Shown here piece after piece: positions 13,391 through 26,189 of a stretch of DNA of 64,000 bases. This DNA is from Dendrobates tinctorius (lineage: Eukaryota). Location of the stretch: assembly GCF_039654945.1 (NCBI RefSeq), contig NW_027361783.1:13392001-13456000 (forward strand), given 5' to 3'. The stretch's first letter is position 1. The number at the start of each line of letters is the position of its first letter. The notes beneath the pieces are model-generated. The model did not search any database. It worked only from the letters and a program-made list of their open reading frames with translations, and was not told the origin of the DNA. The position numbers and the translations under genes are program-made.

Positions 13391-14353
13391 ATGGAAGAGG
13401 CCAGGAGCCATTTGGTGAGCTGCATTTCTTGCTACATGTTTACAGACTTACCAGTGGAAAAGCCAAACTTCACATGCCACAAATGCAAGCTTGTGTCTCT
13501 GTTGGAGGAAAAGTTGCAAAATCTTGAAGAGAGGATAGCTACATTGAAGATCATTAAGGAAGATGAAGAGTTCTTAGACAGAGCAGAATAATCTCTTCAT
13601 GTTACAGAAAGAGAAGAAATTCGAAGTGCACCTGAAGAAACGGAGGAATGGAAACATGTGACCCAGAGAAGCAGGAGGATCGGGAAGCGGTCAGCGCCCA
13701 TACTGCTAAAGAACCAGTACTAGGCCCTCACGCAGGAGAACAATGAAGAAATACATCAGGATAACACTTTCCCCACAAGCACCAACCTTGTACGTCTTCA
13801 GAATCCTCCTGGATGGAGAAAGAAAAATTTTATGAAGAAGAAACAGAGAGTGGTGGTAATAGGGGATTCCCTGTTGAGAGGAACAGAGGCTGCTATCTGC
13901 AGACCGGATATAACCTCAAGAGAAATGTGCTGTCTTCCAGGTGCAAACATTAAAGATGTGTCTGACAGGATATCAGGACTCTTCAGACCTACTGATGACT
14001 ACCCATTCCTGCTAATACATGTGGGGACAAATGACACAGCAAGAAACGACCTGGAAACCATCTGCAATGACTTTGAAAACTTAGGTAAGAAAGTGAAAGA
14101 ACTGGGAGCGCAGGTGGTCTTCTCTTCCATCCTCCCAGTGGATTGCCATGGAACAAGGAGGTGGAATAAGATTCTGCAAGTGAACAACTGGCTGCGTCAA
14201 TGGTGCCGTCAGCAAGGATTTGGACTTCTGGATCACGGAGTGAATTACCTATACGATGGACTACTTGCTAGAGATGAGGTGCAGCTTACAAAGACTGGAA
14301 AATATGTATTTGGAAGTCGCCTTGCTACAATCATCAGGAGAGTTTTAAACTAG
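13391..14353 (+). pseudogene. CR1 ORF1 (zinc finger/coiled coil plus SGNH esterase), with stops
   Basis: CISC...CHKC followed by a leucine-zipper-like stretch; VIGDSLLRG and HVGTND esterase motifs. Confidence 0.9.
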
Positions 14354-14502
14354 AACAATGTGGGAAGGGAAGAAAAAGGCCAGAAAAAGCCAAACACCTG
14401 ACAAATGCTATTGAGAACTCTGCTATTAGAAGTGGAAAGGAAGAACAAAGACAAAAGAATCTAATTAAGAAAAATATTGGAGAAAGAGAAACCAATCACA
14501 AA

Positions 14503-17155
14503 CTAAAATGTTTATATACTAATGCACAAAGCATGGGCAAACAAACAAGGAGAATTGGAACTACCAACGCAGGAAAAGAAATATGATGTCATTGGAATCA
14601 CTGAAACTTGTTGGGCAATACACATGATTGGAATACAAGGATAGAAGGATACAACTTATTTGCTAGAAACAAACTTGATAAACGAGGAGGAGGTGTCGCA
14701 TTGTATGTTACAAACACGTATATCGGCACAGAGATTGAAGCTACAGAGACTGGGAGTCCTGTGGAAACTGTTTGGGTAAGAATACAAGGACAGAACTATG
14801 GAAAGCACACCATTGTAGGCATTTACTACAAGCCGCCTCTGCAAGCTGAAGATATGGATGAACTCTTTATGCATCAAATGGCCAAGTTCTCCAAAAAATA
14901 TGACATAGTTGTCATGGGGGATTTCAACTATCCTGACATTTGTTGGGAATCTCTCTCAGGCAAAACTAACAGGTCAAGGAAATTCTTATCCTCTCTTGCT
15001 GACAACTTTATCTTCCAAAAGGTAGGGGAGAAAACAAGGGGAACTGCTACATTGGATCTAATCCTTATAAACAGGGAGGAAATGGTTGAGGAGGTAAAAG
15101 TGGCTGGGACCCTAGGAGGAAGCGACCATGCTATTTTAAAATTTTGGATAACTAAAGGAGGAAGACCTGTGAAGATTCAGACGTCAAGGTTAGATTTCAG
15201 AAAGGCAGATTTTAAGGGATTCAGAAAGAGAATTGGAGGGATCCAATGGCTGGATATCCTAAAGGACAAAAATGTCCAGGAAGGATGGGAAATCTTGAAA
15301 AATGAAATTATCAAAGCACAAACGTTAACAATTCCGAAAAGAGGGAAGAATAGGAAGCGTTTAAGGAAACCAGGATGGATGAACACAGAACTTAAGCACA
15401 TGCTAAAAAGGAAGAAAGAAATGTTTATAAAATGGAAAAAGGGAGGCATATCTAACGAAGAATATAATGCTGTCTGCAGAAATTGCAGGGCACAAATCAG
15501 ATTACTAAAGCTGACAATGAATTGAAGCTTGCAAGAGATGTCAAAAGCAATAATAAAGGATTTTGGTGATATGTCAAAAGTAAAAGAAAAGTCAAAGATG
15601 CTAAAGGATTTTTACAGGATGAAAATGATGAAATGGTAAGACAGGATGTTGAGAAGTCCGAACTTTTAAATTCCTATTTTGCATCTGTTTTCTCCCAGAA
15701 AGGAAATGTAAATGGTTCTTCACTGTCCTATTAAGGGAATAGAAGAATCCAGGATATCTATAAACAGAAAGTTAGTGAGGAAACACTTAGCTAACCTAAA
15801 TGAATTCAAGTCTCCAGGTCCAGATGAATTACACCCCAGATTTCTGAAGGAGATAGCAGAAGAAATTTTTGAACCCCTCTCCATAATCTTTGAAAATTCT
15901 TGGAGAACATGAGACGTCCCAGAAGACTGGAGAAGAGCAAATGTTGTTCCTATCTTGAAAAAGGGGAAGAAGGTGGACCCAGGGAACTATAGCCCGGTGA
16001 GTTTGACTTCTATACCAGGAAAGATCTTTGAACAAATTATTAAACAACATGTATGTAAGTACCTGGACAAGAATGAAGTGATTAAACAGAGTCAGCATGG
16101 GTTTGTAACTAATAAGTCATGTCAGACTAACTTAATTTCCTTCTATGACAGAATCACTGATTGGGTGGATCAAGGAAATGCTGTAGATATAGTATATCTT
16201 GACTTCAGCAAAGCATCTGACAAAGTATCTCACACAATCCTTATTGAAAAAATGACTAGGTATGGAATGGACAAGGCAACTGTTAGGTGGATTCAAAACT
16301 GGCTTAGTGATCGGACCCAAAGAGTGGTCGTAAATGGCTGCACATCCAGTTGGAAGAATCTCTCAAGTGGGGTACCACAGGGCTCTGTCCTGGGCCCTGT
16401 ATTGTTCAACATCTTTATCAACAATTTAGATGAAGGAATTGAGGGTAAACTGATTAAATTTTCTGATGACGCAAAGCTAGGAGGGATAGCTAATACTAGA
16501 GAAGAGAGAGAGAGGTTTTAAAAAGATATAAATAAACTGAAGCAGTGGGCAGCAACTAACAGAATGGTTTTTAACAGGGAAAAATGCAAAGTACTACATC
16601 TGGGCAATAAAAATGAAAAAAACATGTACAAAATGGGAGGAATAGGGCTAAGCAACAGCACATGTGAAAAAGACTTGGGTATACTAATTGATCACAGACT
16701 GAATATGAGTCAACAGTGTGATGCAGCAGCAAAAAAGGCAAATGCAATTCTTGGATGTATAAAAAGAAGCATACAGTCTAGATCACGTGAAGTCATAATT
16801 GCGCTCTACTCCTCTTTGGTCAGATCTCATCTGGAATACTGTGTCCAGTTTTGGGTGCCACATTTTAAAAAAGACATCAACAAACTGGAGCAAGTTCAGA
16901 AAAGAGCGACCAGAATGGTGACCAGTCTGCAAACCCAGTCTTATGAGGAAAGGTTGCAGCATTTGGGAATGTTTAGCTTGCAGAAGAGAAGATTGAGAGG
17001 AGACTTAATAGCTGTCTACAAGTATCTCAAGGGCTGTTACTTTGTAGAAGGATCATCTTTATTCTCATTTGCACAAGGAAAGACTAAAAACAATAGGATG
17101 ACACTGAATGGGAGGAGACACAGATTAGATATTAGAAAAAACTTTTTGACAGTTA
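14503..17155 (+). pseudogene. CR1 ORF2 (APE endonuclease plus reverse transcriptase), disrupted; last codons at 24541-24645
   Basis: [44 protein letters not shown] and FSDD motifs. Confidence 0.93.
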
Positions 17156-17769
17156 AGGGCCTTTTACACATAGCGACGCACCAGCGATAACGATAGCGAT
17201 CCGACAAGGCATAGATCGCTGGTGTGTCGTTACGTGATCGCTAGATAGCTTTCAAACAGTCCAATCTCGTCAACGACTCTAGAGAGATCAGCGATCTGCA
17301 TAGCGACCTCATTGCTCGTTGAGTACCTTTCACATTACTAAACAAAAACCGATTCAGACCTCAGTGGGCGTGCTTCAGCGTTTCATTTACAACACCCCTC
17401 AAGCACCGATTGGTGGTCACCGCTGCGCTGTCATTGGCCGGCGGCGTCATTAAAGAGGACGTAGTAGCGTTTCAGTTTAAATCTCTGGAGCGCTGTGGTT
17501 AGCTTCTAAACCAGCATTTTTCTCCCTAGAGACAAAAGTGCATTTTTGGTTTGATTTTGCTATTCGTCCTTCAGCAACCCTCTTGAAGACTCATCAGCGT
17601 TATTTTCGAATACCTCCATTTTTGAGACCATCTGAAGAATCAACAGTGCTAGTTACGTTATTTTTTTTTTCTCCTCCATAACTTTCGGATTTTTCACATT
17701 GTCAGAGGTCGGTTTATTTTGGTTCAAAAGTTATAATTTTTTTGTATGCAATTTTATTTGTTTTATTTT

Positions 17770-18560
17770 AGTTTAGTTTAGAAACCGCGCCCGCCCCCAT
17801 TTTTGTAATTGTGGAACGTGATACTTTTATAGGTCAGTGACCAAGCTTATGCGATTCAAACTCTTTTTTATCTAATGTATGTCCATTGTGTCCATATGCA
17901 CATGTCTGGTCAGCCATTTTAGTTTAGAAATTGCGCCCGCCCCCATTATTGTAATTGATGAACGTGATACTTTTATAGGTCAGCGACCAAGCTTATGCGA
18001 TTCAAACTCTTTTTTATCTTGTGTATGTCCATTGTCTCCATATGCACATGTCTGGGCAGCCATTTTAGTTTTGAAACCGCGCCCGCCCCCATTATTGTAA
18101 TTGTTGAACGTGATACTTTTATAGGTCAGCGACCAAGCTTATGCGATTCAAACTCTTTTTTATCTTGTGTATGTCCATTGTCTCCATATGCGCATGTCTG
18201 GGCAGCCATTTTAGTTTTGAAACCGCGCCCGCCCCCATTATTGTAATTGTTGAACGTGATACTTTTATAGGTCAGCGACCAAGCTTATGCGATTCAAACT
18301 CTTTTTTATCTTGTGTATGTCCATTGTCTCCATATGCACATGTCTGGGCAGCCATTTTAATTTTGAAACCGCGCCCGCCCCCATTATTGTAATTGTTGAA
18401 CGTGATACTTTTATAGGTCAGCGACCAAGCTTATGCGATTCAAACTCTTTTTTATCTTGTGTATGTCCATTGTGTCCATATGCACATGTCTGGGCAGCCA
18501 TTTTAGTTTAGAAACCAAGCCCGCCACCATTATTGTTATTGTTGAACGTGATACTTTTGA
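17770..18560 (+). repeat. 146-bp tandem repeat, about 5.4 copies, inside the Harbinger
   Basis: GC box (ccgcgcccgcccccat or variant) at 17785, 17931, 18077, 18223, 18369 and 18515. Confidence 0.95.
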
Positions 18561-18629
18561 ACCGTGCCGTAACTGAGCCACCATGCCAAAATGAAACGTT
18601 GTCACCATTTCCTTTTATTTTTTTTAAAG

Positions 18630-19891
18630 ATGGCAGCAAGTAGCCAAGTAGCAAGTAGCCAAGACATCATACGCCAATTTATTGACATGTATCGGTCAAT
18701 GCCCTGCCTCTGGAAGGTGAAGTCGCCAGACTACAGTAATAAGTACAAAAAGAAGGTTGCATATGAGAAACTTGTGCATCTATATCAAGAACATCATCCC
18801 AGCGAAACGGTAGATGAGGCTGTTATTAAAAAAAAAATACAAGCACTACGCACTGTCTACAAGAAGGAATTGAACAAGGTGGAAAAGTCTACTAGGTCGG
18901 GGGCGGGTACCGATGAAGTGTATGTTCCGAGGTTGTGGTACTACAACTTACTGGAGTTTACTCGAGACCAGGAAATCCCCTGGCTTATGCATTGTTCAAT
19001 GTCACTGCCTGAAGAGGAAGAAACAGTGACACGGCCTGATTCCCCTCTTGTCAATGTAAGTATGTTTTGGGTTTCCCTCAAAAAACCAATGATACATATT
19101 TATGTACATGCTATTGTTGAGTTTTAATGAGTGAGTCCATGATTTAAAACTTTGTTCACAGCTGATAACTGTACATCAGTAATTGGGTTATCATTACATA
19201 ATTTCTACAAATGGTCGATGTCAGTACATAGCCAGTACCACTTCTCCCCCCCTCATAATAATTTCTGTTATGTGTTTAGAAAAAACTCTTTTTAATTTTT
19301 CTGTGTTCTAACCTGGTTTTTCTGTTCTTGCAGCATGTTACAGAAGATGTCTCACCTACACCATGTGTCATACAGGAAACCCCAGCAACATCAAACGCAA
19401 CCGACGACAGGATGTCCATAATTGCAGAGGAGGCAAGTGTGTCCACGTGAGCGTACACTGTGCAAAGGCGTCTCCCAGTGAGTCGAAAAAGAAAGGCCAC
19501 CGCTCCTCCTTTTCCAGAGTTTGTCGATTTAGCAAAGAACATATTGGTGCTGCAGGAAAAACAAGCAATTGGTGGCTTTGCACACATGGTGGACGAAAGA
19601 CTTCGGTCTCTCGACGTAACGCAAAGGCTTCAGGTCGAGAGAATAATATTTGAAACGCTAAATAAAGCTGCCTTCGGAAAACTTACAGACAGTTATACTC
19701 TTGTTGATGGCTAGTCTATGTCACAAAACCCATGGCCGCAGACGCAAGAACATGTAACCAGCACGCCAAGAAGGATGATTCAGCCAATACAGAGCATGAA
19801 CTTTGGAACCCCACATTTCCAGTCTGCCCCATTCATAAATCCTGGAAGGCAGCAACTTAATGACTCTGACTGTTTTTACACTCAATTATAG
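18630..19891 (+). pseudogene. Harbinger MADF (Myb/SANT-like) DNA-binding protein; coding exons 18630-19055 and 19334-19891, two nonsense codons in exon 2
   Basis: FIDMYRSMPCLWKVKSPDYSNK...KKKIQALRTVYKKE...YVPRLWYY is MADF-like. A phase-0 gtaagt...ttgcag intron keeps the frame. The C-terminus resembles a BESS motif. aataaa at ~19998. Confidence 0.85.
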
Positions 19892-20440
19892 TTTTAATGT
19901 TTACTTGACTGTTTTTACACTCAATTATAGTTTTAATGTTTACTTGTTGTATTAAAAAAATTAGTTTTGTATCCTTATTGTTTGTTTCAAAAAAAGAAAT
20001 AAAATTTAAATTTTTGCATTACACATGATCACGGTTACAAGTTCTTTGTAGACTGTGACAAACTGGTTTGCCGCGCAATAAAGGCAGGTTTCATAGTCTG
20101 CTGTGTAGTTAAGTAAAGCCAGCAATTATCCTGGTACGTGTAGTGTTCCTTATGAAAAAGTGTGTTATCTTATAACATTAATATTCTATCTGTTACGATG
20201 CCAAAAAAAGGTGCCACATGAGAGGTAGAATTGTTTTTTCAAAATAACATTTTTTTAATGTTTTAATTACTGACAGTGTCAGTTTCTTAATTTTTTTTTT
20301 TTTTTTGGCTTTTAAATTCCTTTTTTATGATAGATTTTTAAACAAACCTTTTTAGTTTTACATATGTCAACATGACATAGATATATTTTTTTAACAAAAA
20401 ATAAGAAAAGGTAGAACATAAAATATAACGCGAAACTAAA

Positions 20441-21985
20441 TTAAATGTTTTCACCCTGCGGTTGGGCTGCCACAAAACGGTCCAGCATCACTCCGAGTTG
20501 GTGTAACGCAGACATCGCCCTCCTGTGTGCTGCCAAGAGATCAGGTAAGGTTGGTATTTCTGTTGAGGAAATTTACATTGTTTAGGGCGTTTTTTAAATG
20601 TGGGTGCATATGGGGCCATAGTATGTGGGGCAGCATATGGTGCCATAATGTAGGTGTGGTAGCAAATGGGGCCATATCCTATGGGTCGCAATATGGGGCC
20701 ATAGTGTAAAGTGGCAGCAGATGGGTGCATACGGTTCATTCTTGCAGTCAAACACTTACGTTTTTGTGCCGCCTCTGACTCATCTGATGAGGAGATAACA
20801 GCCCTTCCACGTCGAGTGGCAACACGTACTAGAAAAAAAAAGGTATATATATATATATTTGTTACACAAATTATCATTTCAAACATGCTTCAAACAAAAA
20901 TAAAAAAGTTAGTCGATTACCGGAGGTCGAGTCTGCTCCAGCTTCTCGGAGTGATGCTGGAGAAAACATACCCATTGGGGATGAAGTGGAGGAAGCAATT
21001 TGTGGTTGAGGGGTTGAGGGGTGCGAGGGGGTCCTTACGGGCTCTGGTATCTAAAAATTGGAAATTGTGCATTGAGCATTTCCAAAGTGGTAAAAACATC
21101 CAAAAATAAAACGGTATTGTAATACTATATTATAGAAACCGAATACTTCTTTCAAAAGTTGTTATTATCTCTCTCTCCAACAACCATCTTTTTTGTATCT
21201 AACTTATATTTTTTTTTTAAAAAAATATTTTTACCATCAGGTCTGGTTACAATTTTTTTGCTTTCGTTTCCTCCCTGGATTACACTTTGGTTTTTTTAAA
21301 TTATTACAATTCAAAATCTCTTTTCCTTTCCCCTTATGTGAACCTTGACTTCCTCCTCCCCCCCCTTTTCTTTTATCTTTCAACCCAATAAAAATACTAA
21401 TAACATGAATAAACGTATTTTAAAAACTTACGGACTCAGCTTCAGGAGATGCTTGCAGCGCCGGGCTTGCGTGTGCTGCGGGGGCTGGTGGTGCTGCAGG
21501 TGGTGATGGGGCTGGGGCCGCTGCATGCGCCGCTGTTGGGAAAAAATTAATACTGAGCGCAATACCACTTCAACTTGAGTTGTGCAATTTAACATGTGCG
21601 AATGTATTTTTATTTTCTTTTTTTTAAACTGTAAACCCTGTCGTAAATAAAAAAAACAAAACACTTCAACAACTAATATAACATATGTAAAAAACATACT
21701 ATCTGGAACACTCACCTCGCTCCCTTCGCACTTGTTGTTGGAGGCTGGTGAGGAGGTCTCTTGAGCGAAAGCGCAGATCCGCCAATTTTTTCCTTATTTG
21801 TGTCGTGGTGCGCTCAACTCCGAAACGGCGTAACAGTCCTCCCCTGATCCTCCGCAACACAGCCCGCTTGTGTCTCATGGGGTGTGCATGCGCCTGTCCA
21901 CACGCATAATCGCGCCTCTCCATCTCCTGTACCAGGAAACGCATTTCGGCCTCCCCCAAGGTGTAGCTCTCTGTCTACCAGCCAT
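20441..21985 (-). CDS. Second Myb/SANT-like gene of the Harbinger; 5 exons (to 21716; 21532-21432; 21050-20921; 20828-20760; 20559-20441), 215 aa from ATG 21944
   Basis: All four introns are GT-AG with pyrimidine tracts, and splicing gives a stop-free frame ending in TAA at 20441. Exon 1 FLVQEM...RTTTQIRKKLADLR is trihelix/SANT-like. The upstream ATG at 21985 is 1 nt out of frame. Confidence 0.75.
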
Positions 21986-22328
21986 TGCTTCCTGTTTTGC
22001 TTTCACTACGCAGCAGGGACGCCCACAAGAACGTCGTGACGTCACAACGTTTTCGCGCCTCTTTTGGTGACGCTACTGCGTTATTTAAATTATGGTACTA
22101 GTGCGCGCTTATCGGAGACGCAATAGCGTCCACTTGAGGGCGGTTATAAAATGGCGTCTTAACGCCGATGCTACAGTGCTGATACTGTGTCGCAGGGCCA
22201 TGTTCCCTTTTCTTTTTTTTTTTCTTTTAAAAACCAGAAACACTTTGTAAAGTAGTAACTATTTGAATTTATTGTTGTCTTTATCACACAAGAATAAAAT
22301 AAACATGTTAAATATACACTTTTGCTGT

Positions 22329-23582
22329 CTAGATTTGATGCTGCCAAGTAACAGCACCAGGCCCATTAAAATATTGGCAGTATTGCTCCCTGCAGGCCTT
22401 TGCATCATCACGGTTTCTTCCCCTTGCCAGTGCTTGAAGTCCAGGTACTGCGGGATCATTGTCGCGCCACCCACCAAGAAGAACCTGACCATTTGTCGTG
22501 TCAACAGAGTCCACAAAGGCAGGCGGAGTGTAATCATTTGCAATGCAGCGCCGCAGAAAATTGTGCAGCACGCAACAAGCCATAACGACCGAGTCAATGG
22601 ATTCCAACTTTAGGTTTATGGGTGTGTGGAAAATCCGAAAGCGGCTGGCCATGATGCCAAACGCATTCTCCACAACCCTTCGTGCCCTTGACAAACGGTA
22701 GTTAAATATCCGTGTTTGCACCGTCACTCTTTTTTGGGGGTACGGTTTCAGCAGATTGGCATGCAGCGGGAAGGCTTCATCACCGACAAAAACAAAGTTG
22801 AGGTTGGCGGTTGTCTCTGTGTTGGGAGGCAGGTTCAGGTCACATTTGTTCAATCGCTCTCCAAAAAGTGTATGATCTAACACTCCCCCATCTGAAACCC
22901 TGCCGTTCATGCCTACATCAACATTTATGAACTCGTAGTTTGCATTAACAAGGGCCATAAGGATAACACTAAAATAGCCCTTATAATTGAAAAAATAGGA
23001 TCCACTTTTCGGCGGTTGGGTGAACCTCACATGTTTACCATCCAAAGCCCCCCCACAGTTTGGGAACTGCCAAAGCCTCTGAAAATCAGAAGCAATATTT
23101 TTCCACTCCACCTCTGTTTTTGGAAACTGGATGTAGCTCCTGAGGCTTTGAACTATGGCATTGCATGTTTCAGAAATCAAACTGCTGAGCAGTGACAAAG
23201 AAACGGCAGAAGAAAATTGCAGATCTTTGAGTGATCATCCGGTGGCCAGTAATCTCAGCGTCACGGTCAATCGTTCGTCTACCGGCACAGCAGCTCGCAT
23301 TTTGGTATTTCTCCTTTCAATCAATGGCATCACCCTGGCTAGTAAAAATTTGAAAGAGTCCTCTGACATCCGCAGATAGTTCTTGAAATCATGAGGATTG
23401 TTCTCCTGCAGTTCTCTTACGAGCTGCATGTGTGAGAATTCGCACCTCTTCGCCAGCCACTCTCTGGTCCACATGCGCTGCTTTCTTTTGGACCGCCTCT
23501 CTTACATCAGTGCCTCTTCATGTAGCCGACCACCCTCCAACACCAAAGCAGCAGCCACAATAGCACGCTCTGCGCCGTTCAT
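22329..23582 (-). pseudogene. PIF/Harbinger (HARBI1-like) DDE transposase with two in-frame stops and no frameshift
   Basis: FKNYLRMS, LTVTLRLLATG, FPNCGGALDGKH, FFNYKGYFS, GRVSDGG, VGDEAFPL, FNYRLSRARRVVENAFG. ORFs 23502-, 23235- and 22329- share one frame. Confidence 0.95.
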
Positions 23583-23649
23583 GATATACAAACTGCAAAA
23601 TAAAATAAAATCATTAGACGATTTGGAAACAAGAGCTTCAATTGTATAA

Positions 23650-23950
23650 AGCCAACAAATAGCAACAATGGGGTGGGAGCGGTCTGACACCTGAAATGTA
23701 TGCCCCAGGCCAGTGCGTATGGACACTATGAGCATACAATAGGAAAAAGTGAAAAACTGATGCATGGTCGCTGAGCTCTAAAAGTGTCACGCTGAAAAGT
23801 GGCAAGAAAAGGGGGGTGGGCGCGGTCTGAAACTAAAATGGCTGTGCAGGCCCAGTGCGTATTGACAGAATGGACATACAAAAGCTAAAAAAATTTAAAT
23901 TGCTGAAACATGGTTAATAATAAGCAATAAAAGTATTACGCTACAAAACA
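23650..23950 (-). repeat. About two diverged copies of the 146-bp repeat in inverted orientation
   Basis: ggggtgggcgcggtctgaaactaaaatggctg, tggacataca, tggtcgctga and aaagtgtcacg match the reverse complement of the 17770-18560 unit. Confidence 0.8.
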
Positions 23951-24722
23951 GCTTGTATGGTACTATTTAAATACATACCTGGCAAACAGAGTTGTTCTTT
24001 GATGAATAAAATGAATCCACAAATAAAAGCGCAATAGCGATTGCAATAGGGACGCCGAAGCAACCGCGGTGTGAAAGCCGTTTAAATATAAACGCTGTAG
24101 CGACTCACACTGGAACGTTGAAGCCAAAATGGTTAATAACATCCACTATGCACGGGAACAAAGTGTTGAATGAGGCGCTCCAGCATTGTCTTTTATACCT
24201 TTGTCAGATACATTTCGCACATTGTGAGCGCTGTAAAGACCAATAGGGCAGTGGAGGCGTGGCCGGTAAGTCACGCCTGTGTCGCTGAGCCATGCGTCGC
24301 TATCGACGTCGCTCGTCGTTTTTAAGCTTCAAACACAACGATAATTACTGGCCAGCGGGACGCCAGCGATGGAAAAATGTACCTGCACATTCGAGCACGA
24401 TCAGCGATAGCCGACGGGGGGTCTGGTCGCCACTACATTTCACACTTAGCGAGATCGCTAGCGATATCGCTGTCGCGTCACAATATCGGTGACGCTTGAG
24501 CGATATCGCTAGCGATCTCGCTTAGTGTGAAACCCCCTATAGAGTGATCAATGAGTGGTACAGGCTGCCATGAGAGGTGGTGAGTTTTCCTTCTATAGAA
24601 GTCTTCAAACAGAGGCTGGACAGACATCTGTCTGGGATGATTTAGTGAATCCTGCTTTGAGCAGGGGGTTGGACCAGATGGCCCAGGAGGTCCCATCCAA
24701 CTCTACGACTCTATGATTCTAT

Positions 24723-26180
24723 GAACAATGCCTGATTGTGATGAGCCATGGCTGTGCAGGATGAAGGTGGCGAGGATTCTATCTGCTCAGTTGGAATGCT
24801 TGTCGGATTAAAGGAGAGGTTGAGGACACAGGTGAAGGTCATAGAGGAGGTGGAGGTGCCAAAAGCAGTGGAAGTGTTAGATATAGAGATTTGTCCTGAA
24901 AGCCTTGGGGATTCTAAGACTTGTGGAGCAGCCTTTTTTACAGCCTGCACAAGCAGCCACCAGAGTCACTCAGTGCACAGTCAGTGAGATGTAATGTCCC
25001 TGCCCATGTTTGCTTGGCCAGGTGTCAGTGGTTAAACGCACCCTGGCAGACATACAGTTTTTCAGGGAATGGGTGATATGCTGGTGTAGCACAGGCACAG
25101 CAGTCTTAAAGAAGTAATGGTGACTGGGCAACTGGTACAGAGGGACTACGATATCCATCAACTTTATGAAACTGTATCAACCAGTCATAAAGGCAGCATT
25201 AACATGGCCAACAGATTGGAGGTGGTGGAGTTCAAGCTCTTAGCTTTGTAGTAGGAAACATTCTTTTACTTGACAACAACTGTGTTGTGCTAGGTGACAC
25301 AAAAACAGCAATCATCTCCACTTCCATAAAAGCTGATGGGTTCTCCCTCGCCCTGACTGTTTGGGGTAAACAAGTTTAGTTTCTGCAGACTGGGCATGGT
25401 GATGGAAGGAGAATAAGCAGCAGATGTGGTTGATGGGACAGCCGGTGGTTGGTGAGGCCCGCTAGTCCACATTTTAGTGCAGTGAGATTCCCAGACTAAG
25501 GCATGTTGATTGCGCAAGTAGTTGTCAAATTATTGCAATTTTGGTTCTAACAAGTTTTTTTTGCAAATTTGGCAGATAATGCGATTTGGGTCATCCTTTG
25601 CAGTCTCAAAAAACATTCAGGCAAGGCAACTCTTCCTGCCCCAATGAACTGCACACTCGCGACCAGTGCTGGCCACTACCAAAATTGGAGATGAGAATGC
25701 AGTGCTTGTCATGGTTGCATCGTGTCTGTGTGGGAAAGAAGCTTCCTCATTTTGCTCCTGCTCCACCTCCACTGCTGAGATACTCAGCTGCGTACCTCTG
25801 GGTTCACACTACAACCTCATTGTCATCCTCTCTGTTATCACACTCCTCACCCTGAGAGTCACCCTCCTCCACTTCCTACACTGAAACCACAGTAGAGTTT
25901 GCATGCACCTCTGTTATCTGAGTCTCATCAGGATCACCTCCACCCCAGGTGGTTAAGGTCTGTTGACGAGGGTCTAGATTCTGCTTGGACCCTACTTCAT
26001 CTGGCCCCGGATCCAGAATGAAAAATTTTGGACATCAGTGTAGATACTTTCCTTCTCTGGATTTCATGAATCTTCGGAGCAGACCTCTGATGCCCATGGA
26101 ATACAATGTATGAACAGCTCTGCAGAATAGCCCATCTGTAGTTCATGACAGTCAGTTGGGTGTTTGGAAATTCATGACAC
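24723..26180 (-). pseudogene. N-terminal and central part of the decayed hAT transposase (BED finger remnant, first catalytic D)
   Basis: ICQICKK, LPSHHYF and LTTDTWPSKHGQGHYISLTVH. HNQALF joins TLMCLG across the CR1 insertion. Confidence 0.75.
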
Positions 26181-26189
26181 GGGGGGAAA

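Larger units (their letters stand above)
17156..24538. mobile_element. Autonomous-type PIF/Harbinger transposon, 7.4 kb, three genes
   Basis: Imperfect TIRs agggccttttacac / gtgtgaaaccccct, 3-bp TSD tta/ata, subterminal agcgat/atcgct arrays; it cleanly interrupts CR1 ORF2. Confidence 0.92.
13101..24722 (+). mobile_element. Full-length CR1 LINE, interrupted by the Harbinger at 17156-24538
   Basis: 5' monomers, ORF1, ORF2 and a 3' tail ctctatgattctatg. ORF2 ...RKNFLTV resumes as RVINEWYRLP at 24541. tgaaca is present at both junctions. Confidence 0.93.

Noticed and set aside
22329-23198. Domesticated host HARBI1 gene
   Set aside because: Lies within TIRs and a TSD, interrupts a CR1 and has nonsense codons, so it is a transposon copy.
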